Source: an uncultured Planctomycetota bacterium
Lineage (GTDB): Bacteria > Planctomycetota > Phycisphaerae > SM23-33
Direction of reading: 5' to 3'
Assembly: GCA_903892515.1 (NCBI GenBank)
Contig: CAITIS010000067.1
Coordinates: forward strand, 1,347-65,346
Length of the DNA: 64,000 nt
How positions within the stretch are numbered: position 1 is the first letter of the stretch; every line of letters begins with the position of its first letter. Below the pieces are notes generated by a model. The model worked only from the letters and a program-made list of their open reading frames with translations, did not search any database and had not been told where the DNA came from. This document shows positions 38,781-47,641 of this stretch, in pieces. The translations under genes and the position numbers were made by a program.

Positions 38781-39692
38781 ATGTCTGTTCTTGAAGCCGT
38801 ACCGCCGTCGAAGCTTCGAGCGGCCCTTGCGCTGCTCGTCGGCGGAGAGTCCCCCACCGCTTCCCGCAAGGTCGACCAGTTCGAAAAGCTTCTCATCGGT
38901 CCCGAGGCCGCCAAGAGCACGTTCTGGTGGGCACGCACGCCCGACGGCCCCCAGGTGGCCGTGCTGATCGTCCACACCCCTGGCCGGGTTGGCATGGTCT
39001 TTCAAGGGCCGCCATATTCCCGTCAGCAGGAACTCCTGGCCAGCCTGATAGACCGCACCAGCCGCGAGGCGCTCGCCCAGCCGCTATCACTCGTGCAGGC
39101 GCTGCTTGAAGAATCGGCCGTACTGGCGCGACAAGCTTACCTCCAGGCCGGCTTTGTGGACTTGGCCCGCCTGGCGTATTTGCAGCGCCGGCTTGAGGAC
39201 GCCGCCGACCTCCCCGCCAGCCTGATCACGTATCGCACGCCTCCGAAGTTTTCGTTGGATGAACTGGCCGCCCTGCTGGAGCAGACCTATGAGGACTCCC
39301 TGGACTGCCCGGGCCTTCAAGGCCTGCGCCGGTCCTCGGACATCATCGTAAGTCACCAGAACACAGGCGTATACGACCCCGCGCTGTGGCGAATCGCCTT
39401 TGAGGGATCTGAGCCGATTGGCTGTGTGCTGATGAACGTTGTGTCGCCGGCCAACCGGAGCGTCGAGGTGGTGTACATCGGGCTGCGGAAGGCATGGCGA
39501 GGCCGGGGTCTGGGCCGCCAGATGCTGCAAGACGCAATGGCACTTGCCCACGCCAAAGGCCAGCGAAGCATGTACTTAGCGGCCGATGCCTCCAACGTGC
39601 CCGCCATGGGACTGTATCGTTCGCTGGGTTTTGTGCCGTTGCAGCATCGGCTAGTCTTGATCCGCGCGAATCGGGAGATCTCGGAAAAATAG
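38781..39692 (+). CDS. Tandem GNAT acetyltransferase
   Basis: YIGLRKAWRGRGLG, N.PA..LY.SLGF. Confidence 0.85.
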   Translation: MSVLEAVPPSKLRAALALLVGGESPTASRKVDQFEKLLIGPEAAKSTFWWARTPDGPQVAVLIVHTPGRVGMVFQGPPYSRQQELLASLIDRTSREALAQPLSLVQALLEESAVLARQAYLQAGFVDLARLAYLQRRLEDAADLPASLITYRTPPKFSLDELAALLEQTYEDSLDCPGLQGLRRSSDIIVSHQNTGVYDPALWRIAFEGSEPIGCVLMNVVSPANRSVEVVYIGLRKAWRGRGLGRQMLQDAMALAHAKGQRSMYLAADASNVPAMGLYRSLGFVPLQHRLVLIRANREISEK

Positions 39693-39699
39693 GCGGTTC

Positions 39700-39860
39700 C
39701 CATCACGTGGACGAATTGTGGACAACATGTGCGTGAAAAAAAACTTGTGCCCCCGCCAACCGCTGGATCATGGCCACTGAAGGGCTGTGCATAACATTCC
39801 AGCCAAGTGCTACATTGACCGAGTGCAACAAGGGCAGTACATTATCCCCCTATTAGCCGG
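39700..39860. promoter_or_regulatory. DnaA-box-like cluster upstream of dnaA
   Basis: TGTGGACAA (39717-25), TGTGCATAA (39786-94), TTATCCCCC (39842-50). Confidence 0.55.
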
Positions 39861-39932
39861 TCGTTAAGGAATCGCAACGGCTTCTGTTCGTTGCGATGAC
39901 TGGCCCGTCGCTGATTCCAAAGGAAGGATCCT

Positions 39933-41354
39933 ATGACCATCACAGGGAATGTCTGCGCGCCCAGCGAGCTATCGAGCACGCTGCTGGAACTCGTGCAGAA
40001 AAAGATAGGTGTCCAGAAGTTTGAAGCCTGGTTCAAGCACGGCGCGAGCGTGAAGTTGGAAGAAAATTGCGTAAAGATCGGCGCACCGAATCCATTCGTG
40101 GCCGGATGGATTGAAAGCCACTTCGCCGACGTCATTATCGACGCGGCGCAGGAGATCGCAGGCCAGCGCCCACGCCTCGTCATCAACGTGGACCCCGTGC
40201 TCTCAGGCAGCCTGCGCAAACGCCAACTCGACGCCCAGGCCAGGCTGGTCAGCCGCTCAACCAGCGGCCAGGCTCGTCATTCCGGCCCGGCCCCGACCCG
40301 CCAGCGGCTGCGGTACACGCTTAAGGATTTCATTGTCGGGCCGTGCAACCAGTTGGCCTTCACCGCCGCCGAAACGGTCGCCAAGACCGGCAAGGGCCCG
40401 TTTAACCCGCTGTTTATTCACGGCACGTGCGGCGTGGGCAAGACACACCTGCTTCAGGGCATCTGCAACGGCGTGGCGTCGCTGACGCAGGAAGGCAAGG
40501 ACCTGAACTGGAAGTACACCACGGCCGAGCAGTTCACCAACGAGTTTGTCAACGCCATCCGCACGAAGAAGCTCGAGACCTTCCGCCGCTCGTATCGCGA
40601 CCTGGATGTTCTGGTGATCGACGACGTGCACTTCCTCTCGGGCAAGAAGGCCACGCAGGAGGAATTCCTGCACACCTTCAACAGCATCGACGCCGCCGGC
40701 AGGCAGGTCATCATGGCCTCGGATGCCCATCCGCGTATGGTCGGCCAGTTGGCTGAGCAGCTGGTCAGCCGGTTCCTGTCGGGCATGGTTGTAAAGATCG
40801 AAACCCCCGACCGCGCCACGCGCCTGACGATCCTGCAGAAATTCGCCGCCCGGCTGAATCTGAATTGCCCGCTGGAGGTGCTGGAATACGTGGCCGACCA
40901 GATTCGCGGCTCGGTCCGCGAGCTGGAGGGCGCGCTGGTCAAGCTTTCGGCCTTGATGCAACTGACGCACCGCCAGGGCAGTCTCGACCTGGCGCGAGAA
41001 GCGCTGGCCGAGCACCTGTCCCACACGGGCAGTGCGACCAGCCTGGGCGAGATCGAGGCCGTAGTGTCGTCATTCTTCGGCATCACTCCGGCGGACATCC
41101 ACTCGACGCGGCGGACGCACACAATCAGCTTGGCCAGGTCGCTGGCCATGTACCTGGCCCGTCGGCGGACGCACATGAGCTATCCCGAGATCGGGCGGTT
41201 CATGGGCAAGAATCACTCCTCGGCGGTACTGGCCGTGCAGAAGCTGGAGCGGCTGGCCAAAGACAACAAGCCTTGCCGCTGGATGTCGGCAGCGGGGCCC
41301 AAAGAAATGCCGATTCGCAGTATGCTGGAATTGCTGACCGAACAGGTTGGCTAA
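39933..41354 (+). CDS. dnaA: Chromosomal replication initiator DnaA
   Basis: NPLFIHG..GVGKTHL, IDDVHFL, QEEFLHTFN, SRF..G, RELEGAL, SYPEIGRFMGKNHSS. Confidence 0.93.
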   Translation: MTITGNVCAPSELSSTLLELVQKKIGVQKFEAWFKHGASVKLEENCVKIGAPNPFVAGWIESHFADVIIDAAQEIAGQRPRLVINVDPVLSGSLRKRQLDAQARLVSRSTSGQARHSGPAPTRQRLRYTLKDFIVGPCNQLAFTAAETVAKTGKGPFNPLFIHGTCGVGKTHLLQGICNGVASLTQEGKDLNWKYTTAEQFTNEFVNAIRTKKLETFRRSYRDLDVLVIDDVHFLSGKKATQEEFLHTFNSIDAAGRQVIMASDAHPRMVGQLAEQLVSRFLSGMVVKIETPDRATRLTILQKFAARLNLNCPLEVLEYVADQIRGSVRELEGALVKLSALMQLTHRQGSLDLAREALAEHLSHTGSATSLGEIEAVVSSFFGITPADIHSTRRTHTISLARSLAMYLARRRTHMSYPEIGRFMGKNHSSAVLAVQKLERLAKDNKPCRWMSAAGPKEMPIRSMLELLTEQVG

Positions 41355-41402
41355 ACGAGATGCACGCCGGATGGATGCCGGCGTGCTGTTGCCTCAAGGA
41401 CG

Positions 41403-41440
41403 GGCGCCCGAGCAAGGACGCTCGGGCGCCGGTATTTTTC
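41403..41440 (+). terminator. Intrinsic terminator after dnaA
   Basis: ggcgcccgagc-aaggac-gctcgggcgcc then ggtattttt. Confidence 0.7.
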
Positions 41441-41545
41441 CCCCACATAAACTCTTTAGTCCGCCGAACAGCGCATTTCAATTCGACGCTACAATATCTA
41501 CTGCCTCCACGCTGAAAGCGCTGGCCGCTAGATATGGAATGATTG

Positions 41546-42829
41546 ATGCCGCAATGGCTTATCGATTTTTCACAAAATATCCTGCCCTGGCTGGGTCAGA
41601 GGCTCCCGGATTTGCCGCGCGAGTTCTGGACTGTGCTGGCGGAGATGTCGCCCTACCTGCTCTTTGGCTTTCTTGCCGCCGGCATGCTGTCGGTGCTGAT
41701 CCGGCCTGAAGTCGTCGAAAAGCACCTGGGCGGCAAGGGCATCTGGCCCGTGCTGAAGGCCTCGGCTTTTGGCGTGCCGCTGCCGCTGTGTTCCTGCGGA
41801 GTGATCCCGGTGGCAGCATCGTTGCGCCGACACGGCGCCAGTCGGGGCTCGACCATTGCATTTCTGATATCTACGCCCATGACGGGCGTGGACAGCATCT
41901 TCGCCACCTTCAGCCTGCTGGGGCTGACGTTCGCCATCTTCCGCCCGATTTCGGCCCTGATCAGCGGCGTGCTGGGCGGCATGGCCGTCGACTTGGCCGA
42001 CCGCAAAAGCAGCCAGTTCGGCACGGGCTGGCAGGAACCGCCGGCCGCGGACGATGGCAAGCCAAAGTGGAGACAAATACTCAGCTACGGCTTTGGCACG
42101 CTGCCGCAAGACATCGGCAAGAGCATGATCGTGGGCCTGTTCATCGCCGCGATCATGTCGGCCTTGATTCCGCGCGACTACTTCGCCGGCAGTCTTGGCA
42201 CGGGCTTCGGGGCCATGCTGGTGATGATGCTCATCGGCATCCCCGTCTACGTCTGCGCCACCGCCAGCGTGCCGGTAGCGGCGGCGTTGGTAATGGCGGG
42301 GATTTCGCCCGGAGCGGCGCTGGTGTTCCTCATGACCGGCCCGGCCACGAATGCGGCCACCATCGCGACAATCTGGAAGGTGCTGGGGCGGCGTTCGGCC
42401 ATCATCTACCTGCTCAGCATCGCTGTAACGGCCTTGGCGTCGGGGCTGACGCTGGACTACATCGTGCGGTTCCAGGGCGAGATGAGCCACGAGCACATGC
42501 ACAACATGATTCCACCGCTGGCGAACAACATCTGCGGCCTGGTGCTGCTGGCCGTGCTTGCCCGCGGCGTGTACAAGTCGCTCGTGGCCGGAAGGCCTCA
42601 CGACGCATCAGAAGGAGACGCCATGCCTCAAGCCACTCTACAGATAGACGGAATGACGTGCAGCCACTGCGCCGCGGCCGTGGAAAGAGCCCTCAAGGGC
42701 TGCAAGGGCGTCACCGGCGCCCGCGTCGATCTGGCGGGTAAACGGGCCGAAGTCTCAGGCGAGGCCTTTGCTACCGTTGAGCTGCGCCAAGCCGTCGAGT
42801 CTCTCGGCTACAAGGTTCTCAATCCCTAA
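41546..42829 (+). CDS. SO_0444-like metal permease with C-terminal HMA domain
   Basis: GVPLPLCSCGVIP, YVCATAS.P, GPATN, GMTCSHC. Confidence 0.88.
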   Translation: MPQWLIDFSQNILPWLGQRLPDLPREFWTVLAEMSPYLLFGFLAAGMLSVLIRPEVVEKHLGGKGIWPVLKASAFGVPLPLCSCGVIPVAASLRRHGASRGSTIAFLISTPMTGVDSIFATFSLLGLTFAIFRPISALISGVLGGMAVDLADRKSSQFGTGWQEPPAADDGKPKWRQILSYGFGTLPQDIGKSMIVGLFIAAIMSALIPRDYFAGSLGTGFGAMLVMMLIGIPVYVCATASVPVAAALVMAGISPGAALVFLMTGPATNAATIATIWKVLGRRSAIIYLLSIAVTALASGLTLDYIVRFQGEMSHEHMHNMIPPLANNICGLVLLAVLARGVYKSLVAGRPHDASEGDAMPQATLQIDGMTCSHCAAAVERALKGCKGVTGARVDLAGKRAEVSGEAFATVELRQAVESLGYKVLNP

Positions 42830-42849
42830 TACTACAACGCTACGAAATT

Positions 42850-43112
42850 CAGACCCGAAGGGTCGGTACTACTGTAGCCGGGGGGCGTAAGCCCCCGGTG
42901 TGCATGGGCTTGTGCCTGAGCCCCGAAGGGGCGACACAGTTGGCTTGCCCAACAACTCTGTCGCCCCGTCGGGGCTCTGTGCCACTGGGGCGGTCTCCGT
43001 GGGCTCGCGCCCACGGCTACAATCGTTCCGGCCCTCCGGGCCTCCAATCCAGTCGCAATGCCAAGACTCCATTCGTGCGGTTTGCCCCGTGGCACAGCCG
43101 CCCTCGGCTGTG
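42850..43112. repeat. REP/BIME cluster
   Basis: Hairpins gacccgaagggtc, ccgggggcgtaagcccccgg, gccccgaaggggc, ccgtgggctcgcgcccacgg, plus the REP shared with 9439. Confidence 0.8.
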
Positions 43113-43225
43113 GCTGTTGCGGCCACATCGCTCGCGCGGTTTCACTCCCTCTCGCCCACTCTGCATCGCCTATGATTCATTGGCAGGCGGCAAGGCTTGA
43201 AAGATTCGGCTGGGTGAGAGCAATC

Positions 43226-43549
43226 ATGACATGGCCGCCATCGACAGTCAGGCTCAAGATCGTTCGCAAAGGCAGTGTGTGGTGCAGTTTTACGCTTCCG
43301 CTGGTTCTGCTGGCTCCGGCCCTGATGGCCTTGCCGGTTTTCATGCTGGCAGAGGCGGTCTTGGCGCTGCCGGCAATTGTGGTTGTGTGTGTCCAGCCGC
43401 CTGGGCTGATGGTCCGCCTCAAACGGGTTGCTAAGTTTCTCTTTACCGCGGGCGTGCTGCGGGAGGTGCTGGCCATGCTCGTCTACGTCAAGGGGCTGAA
43501 GATTCACTATGAAACGAGCACAGATACGTTTCTTGTCGAACTGAGGTGA
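43226..43549 (+). CDS. Small membrane hypothetical protein
   Basis: WPP N-terminus and a hydrophobic stretch; stop 3 nt before the next gene. Confidence 0.55.
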   Translation: MTWPPSTVRLKIVRKGSVWCSFTLPLVLLAPALMALPVFMLAEAVLALPAIVVVCVQPPGLMVRLKRVAKFLFTAGVLREVLAMLVYVKGLKIHYETSTDTFLVELR

Positions 43550-43552
43550 GTC

Positions 43553-44005
43553 ATGGACTCTGAACGCAAGCGAATCGTTGACATGTTGGAGCAGGGCAAA
43601 CTCAGCCCGGATCAGGCCGAAAGGCTGCTGACGGCGCTGGGGCAGGAACCCGAGCCGCACGGAGGGGTAGCCGTCGTGGTCGAAGAGACTCCAAAGGTCG
43701 AAACGACCGGCTCAGGCACACACCCCAATCAGTACCTGCACATCCTGGTTGAAAAAGCCAACAGCACCACCGACGGCGGCGAGAAGATCAACATCCGCGT
43801 GCCGCTGCGGCTGCTCAAGGCCGGGGTGAAACTGGGCAACCTGCTGCCAGAGAGATACCGCGACAAGATCCGGATAGCCTTGGAAAAACGCGGCTACAAG
43901 TCTGGCGGAAAAGGCGACATCTGGGACGCCATCGTCGAGAAGATCGGCGACATCTCCGTGGATGTTGAGACCGCCGGCGACCGCGTCCGCGTGTATTGCG
44001 ATTAG
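43553..44005 (+). CDS. SHOCT-like domain protein
   Basis: ERKRIVDMLEQGKLSPDQAERLL.AL; INIRVPL; VRVYCD. Confidence 0.75.
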   Translation: MDSERKRIVDMLEQGKLSPDQAERLLTALGQEPEPHGGVAVVVEETPKVETTGSGTHPNQYLHILVEKANSTTDGGEKINIRVPLRLLKAGVKLGNLLPERYRDKIRIALEKRGYKSGGKGDIWDAIVEKIGDISVDVETAGDRVRVYCD

Positions 44006-44055
44006 CGGCGGCAAGAGCCCAGAATAGTGGCTATCGCGCTGCTCTTGGTGATGCC

Positions 44056-45609
44056 ATGATCGACGCATTGATCATCGGGGCCGGACCAGTCGGGTTGAGC
44101 ATGGCCATCGGGCTGACCCGGCAGGGCTTGAATTATCGGATCATCGACATGGGAACCGGGCCGGTGCCCGAGTCTCGTGCCATCGGCATCCAGGCCCGAA
44201 CACTGGAGATGCTGGAGATGGCCGGGGTGGTCGAGCCCTTCATCGAGCAGGGCCATCCGCTCCGGGGCTTCATCCTTCACGGCCCCGAAGGCCGCCAACT
44301 CGGCAGCTTGAGCTTTGAACACATAAAGAGTCGCTATCCATTCATCCTGGCCCTGCCGCAGAATGACACGGAGCGGATTCTGACCGAGCATCTGCGCCGC
44401 TTGGGCGTGCAGGTCGAGCGGCTGACGAAGCTCCTCTCTTTCCGCCAGGACCAGGACCAGGTCACCGCCCAAATCCAGCGGCCTGACGGCGGCATTGAAG
44501 ACGTGACGTGCCAGTGGCTCTTAGGCTGCGATGGCATCCATAGCCGCGTCCGCGAGGTGTTGGCTCTGCAATTCCCCGGCAAGACGTACGATCTGCGCTT
44601 CATCCTGGCCGACTGCCACGCCGAAATGGAGCTGAGCGACGACCATGCCCATGGCTTCGCGCATCGCACCAGCCTGGTGGCCATCTTCCCGCTTGGTCAC
44701 GCGCGGCACCGGCTGGTGGCCGCTGATCCCCCCGCCTGTTTCGACTGGCAGAGAAAGCCCACGCTGGCGGAATGGCAGGAGCTTGTGGACGCCCGGGCCA
44801 GCGTTCCGATACGCCTGAGCGAGCCCAAGTGGACGACGTTCTTCCGCGTGCAATGCCGGCTGGTGGATCGCCTCAAGAGAGGGCGCGTCTTCGTGCTGGG
44901 CGACGCCGCTCACGTCCACAGCCCGGCGCTGGCCCAGGGCATGAACACCGGCATGCAGGACGCGTGGAACCTGGGATGGAAACTGGGGCTCGTGCGTAAA
45001 GGCCTGGCCAAGCCAGAGCTGCTCGATTCGTTCGAGGCAGAACGCCTGCCGGTGGAGCGTCGCGTGCTGGATATCACGGATTTCACGCAGAATGTAGTCG
45101 GCGCTACGGATCGGTTCCGACAGGCGGCGCGTGATCTGTTGGCGCCGCTGTTTACGCGCTCGGTGGCGGTGCAACGACGGATCAGCCTGATCGTCAGCGA
45201 ACTGGGCGTCAACTACCATGACAGTCCGATTGTTGAGGATCACCACTTGCCCCACGGGCCTAAAGCCGGCCAGCGTGCGCCTGACGCGATCGTGGCAGGC
45301 CGCGACGGCATGCCAGTTCACCTGATGCCGCTGCTGGGGCGGAATCACGTGCTCTTGACTGTGGATGCCGACCTCTCCTCGCCTGCACTCAAGGAAATTG
45401 CGCAAGACTACGCCGGAATCGTCGATGTTCAGGCACTGACGATCGACGCGGCCGGGACAAGCGTCTATGGCAACACGCCTGCGTTCTATTTGATTCGCCC
45501 CGATGGCCACGTGGCCTTCCGCTGCGGGGCCCAGCACCCGGAATTATTGCGGGCCTATCTTGGAAGAATGTTGGCTGTGGCGGGCGTGAGCCAGCTTCAG
45601 CATGCCTGA
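44056..45609 (+). CDS. FAD-dependent monooxygenase (FAD_binding_3)
   Basis: IIGAGPVG, LGCDG..S.VR, LGDAAHVHSP..QGMNTG.QDA.NL, LIRPDGHV. Confidence 0.9.
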   Translation: MIDALIIGAGPVGLSMAIGLTRQGLNYRIIDMGTGPVPESRAIGIQARTLEMLEMAGVVEPFIEQGHPLRGFILHGPEGRQLGSLSFEHIKSRYPFILALPQNDTERILTEHLRRLGVQVERLTKLLSFRQDQDQVTAQIQRPDGGIEDVTCQWLLGCDGIHSRVREVLALQFPGKTYDLRFILADCHAEMELSDDHAHGFAHRTSLVAIFPLGHARHRLVAADPPACFDWQRKPTLAEWQELVDARASVPIRLSEPKWTTFFRVQCRLVDRLKRGRVFVLGDAAHVHSPALAQGMNTGMQDAWNLGWKLGLVRKGLAKPELLDSFEAERLPVERRVLDITDFTQNVVGATDRFRQAARDLLAPLFTRSVAVQRRISLIVSELGVNYHDSPIVEDHHLPHGPKAGQRAPDAIVAGRDGMPVHLMPLLGRNHVLLTVDADLSSPALKEIAQDYAGIVDVQALTIDAAGTSVYGNTPAFYLIRPDGHVAFRCGAQHPELLRAYLGRMLAVAGVSQLQHA

Positions 45610-45618
45610 GCGGGCAAT

Positions 45619-47511
45619 CTACCCCAGATGCCCCGGCCGGTAGTGGACGCGCAGCCGCGACTGGCCATCGGCGGCGCCGAAGATGGGCACGCGCAGGCGG
45701 GATCGTTTGAAATAGCTCAGGCGCTGCTTGTCCAGGCGGTAATAGTACAAGGGCAGGTCGATCAGAAGTTCCGACGGCCCCGCCGGCACGTCGACGACCA
45801 CCAATAGCGGAAAGGTCGGTCGGCTGATGGTTCGGTCCGTCAAACCGGCCGACAGGATCGCGCCGTTGGGAGAGAACACCCGCACGGTGTTGGCCGCCGT
45901 CGGGTTTATCGCCAGCCCGGCCGGCAAGTCCAGGGCGATAGACAGCGTCACGGGCCCCGGCAGCACGGTCTGGAGCGGCATGTCCTTGATGAGGTCGCCG
46001 GTCGCTTCTGTTTCGCCCGTCTCGGCCGATTCCTCCAAGCCCTGCACGTGCAGCGTGGCGACCTCGCCCGTGATCAGGTCCAACGTGCGAACGGCGCTGG
46101 TGTTCGTGTCGGCCACATACAGCTTCTCGCCGGAGAGCCCCAGCCCGGCCGGTTCGTGAAAGCCGCCCGGAATGCCGTCTTCCAAACCGCTCTGTCCTGA
46201 GCCCGCCAGTGTGCGGCACGTCTGCGAGGCTAGGTCGATGAGCTTGATCTTGTTGTTGTAGGTGTCGGCCACGTACAGCCTGTTGTCGTGATAGGCCAGG
46301 CCCATGGGGTGCTGCAGTCGGGTGGTCGCGGCCGAGCCGTCCACGTCGCCGAAGTCAAACAGATCCCCTCCGACAATCGTTCGCACTTGCCTGCTCTGCA
46401 AGTCTATTTCGCGGATGCTGCTGGTTTCGCTGTCAGCCACGTACAGTCGCCGGCCATCCGTCGCCAGGCCGGAGGGCTCGGCAAAGGCCGCCTGTTCAAC
46501 CGGGCCGTCCACGCGGGCCTCTTCGCCGGTGCCGGCAAACGCCTCGATGCGGCCAGTGTCCAGGGCAAGCCGCCAGATTTGATGGCTGCCCGCGTTGGCG
46601 ATGTACAGCCAGTGCCCCGCGGCCGCCAAGTCCCACGGCACGTTCAGCGATGTCAGCTTTCCCGCCCCGGCATGGGCAGGCTTCTTCGCCTGCCGACCAG
46701 TGCCGGCCACCGTGACGACGGTGTTCATTTCGATATTGACGGCGCGAATCGCGTGGTTGCCGGCATCGGCCACATACAACAGCCCATCGACCAGCGCCAA
46801 GCCTTGCGGATTGCAGAACTCGCAGCAGCTAGAGTCGCCGTCGGAGAAGCCTTCCATGCCGCTGCCGATGGTCATCTGCAACCGCTGGTCCTCCAGGCCG
46901 ATGACGAGGATGCGATGATGATTGGAGTCCGACACGAACAGCCGATTGAGAATCGGATCGACCAGCAGCTTGCCAGGAAACGCCAGCGCCGTCGCGGGTG
47001 ACGACACGGCGTCGGGCCCGACGCTCAGCGGCGTGCGGTCGAGCCGGCGCTTCTTCTCGAAGGTCTGCACGACCATCGAGATCAATTCGTCGAAGGGTTC
47101 ATAGATGTCCTGGCCCGCCATCGACCAGACGACCTTGCCCAGCGGATCCAGCAGCACGGCGGTCGGCCAGACCTTCACGCCATAGCGGCTCCACAGGACC
47201 ATGTCGGCGTCATTGATCACCGGGTGCTCAATCTCGAATCGCAGGATGGCCTTGCGGATGTTCTCGCCCTGGGTTTCCTGCGAAAACTTCCCGGAATGCA
47301 CGCCGACCACGACCAGTTCGGAGGGGTACTTCCTTTCGAGACGCTTGAGTTCCGGCAGGATGCTTAGGCAACTGACGCGGCAGTACGCCCAGAACCCCAG
47401 CAGCACCACCTTGCCCCGCAGTTCGCGCAGATGCAGAGGCCGATCCACGTTCAGCCACTCCAGATCCTCTGGGAAATCCGGGGCCGATAACTTCCCTTCG
47501 TAGCTCTGCAT
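45619..47511 (-). CDS. Thioredoxin-like plus NHL repeat protein (NHLRC2/SOQ1-like)
   Basis: WLN...GKVVLL.FW, GVHS.KF, WPT, multiple LYVAD..N repeats. Confidence 0.87.
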   Translation of the reverse strand: MQSYEGKLSAPDFPEDLEWLNVDRPLHLRELRGKVVLLGFWAYCRVSCLSILPELKRLERKYPSELVVVGVHSGKFSQETQGENIRKAILRFEIEHPVINDADMVLWSRYGVKVWPTAVLLDPLGKVVWSMAGQDIYEPFDELISMVVQTFEKKRRLDRTPLSVGPDAVSSPATALAFPGKLLVDPILNRLFVSDSNHHRILVIGLEDQRLQMTIGSGMEGFSDGDSSCCEFCNPQGLALVDGLLYVADAGNHAIRAVNIEMNTVVTVAGTGRQAKKPAHAGAGKLTSLNVPWDLAAAGHWLYIANAGSHQIWRLALDTGRIEAFAGTGEEARVDGPVEQAAFAEPSGLATDGRRLYVADSETSSIREIDLQSRQVRTIVGGDLFDFGDVDGSAATTRLQHPMGLAYHDNRLYVADTYNNKIKLIDLASQTCRTLAGSGQSGLEDGIPGGFHEPAGLGLSGEKLYVADTNTSAVRTLDLITGEVATLHVQGLEESAETGETEATGDLIKDMPLQTVLPGPVTLSIALDLPAGLAINPTAANTVRVFSPNGAILSAGLTDRTISRPTFPLLVVVDVPAGPSELLIDLPLYYYRLDKQRLSYFKRSRLRVPIFGAADGQSRLRVHYRPGHLG

Positions 47512-47641
47512 ACTCACGGTTTGGTCTCCTATCGATTGTACATCGACAATCGACAGGTCGTTTGCCGGGTATTCCCCCAATTTCGAAACAAGTCAGGGCC
47601 GGCGATGGACTTGGGCGGAGGATTTGGTAGCATTCGCCGCC

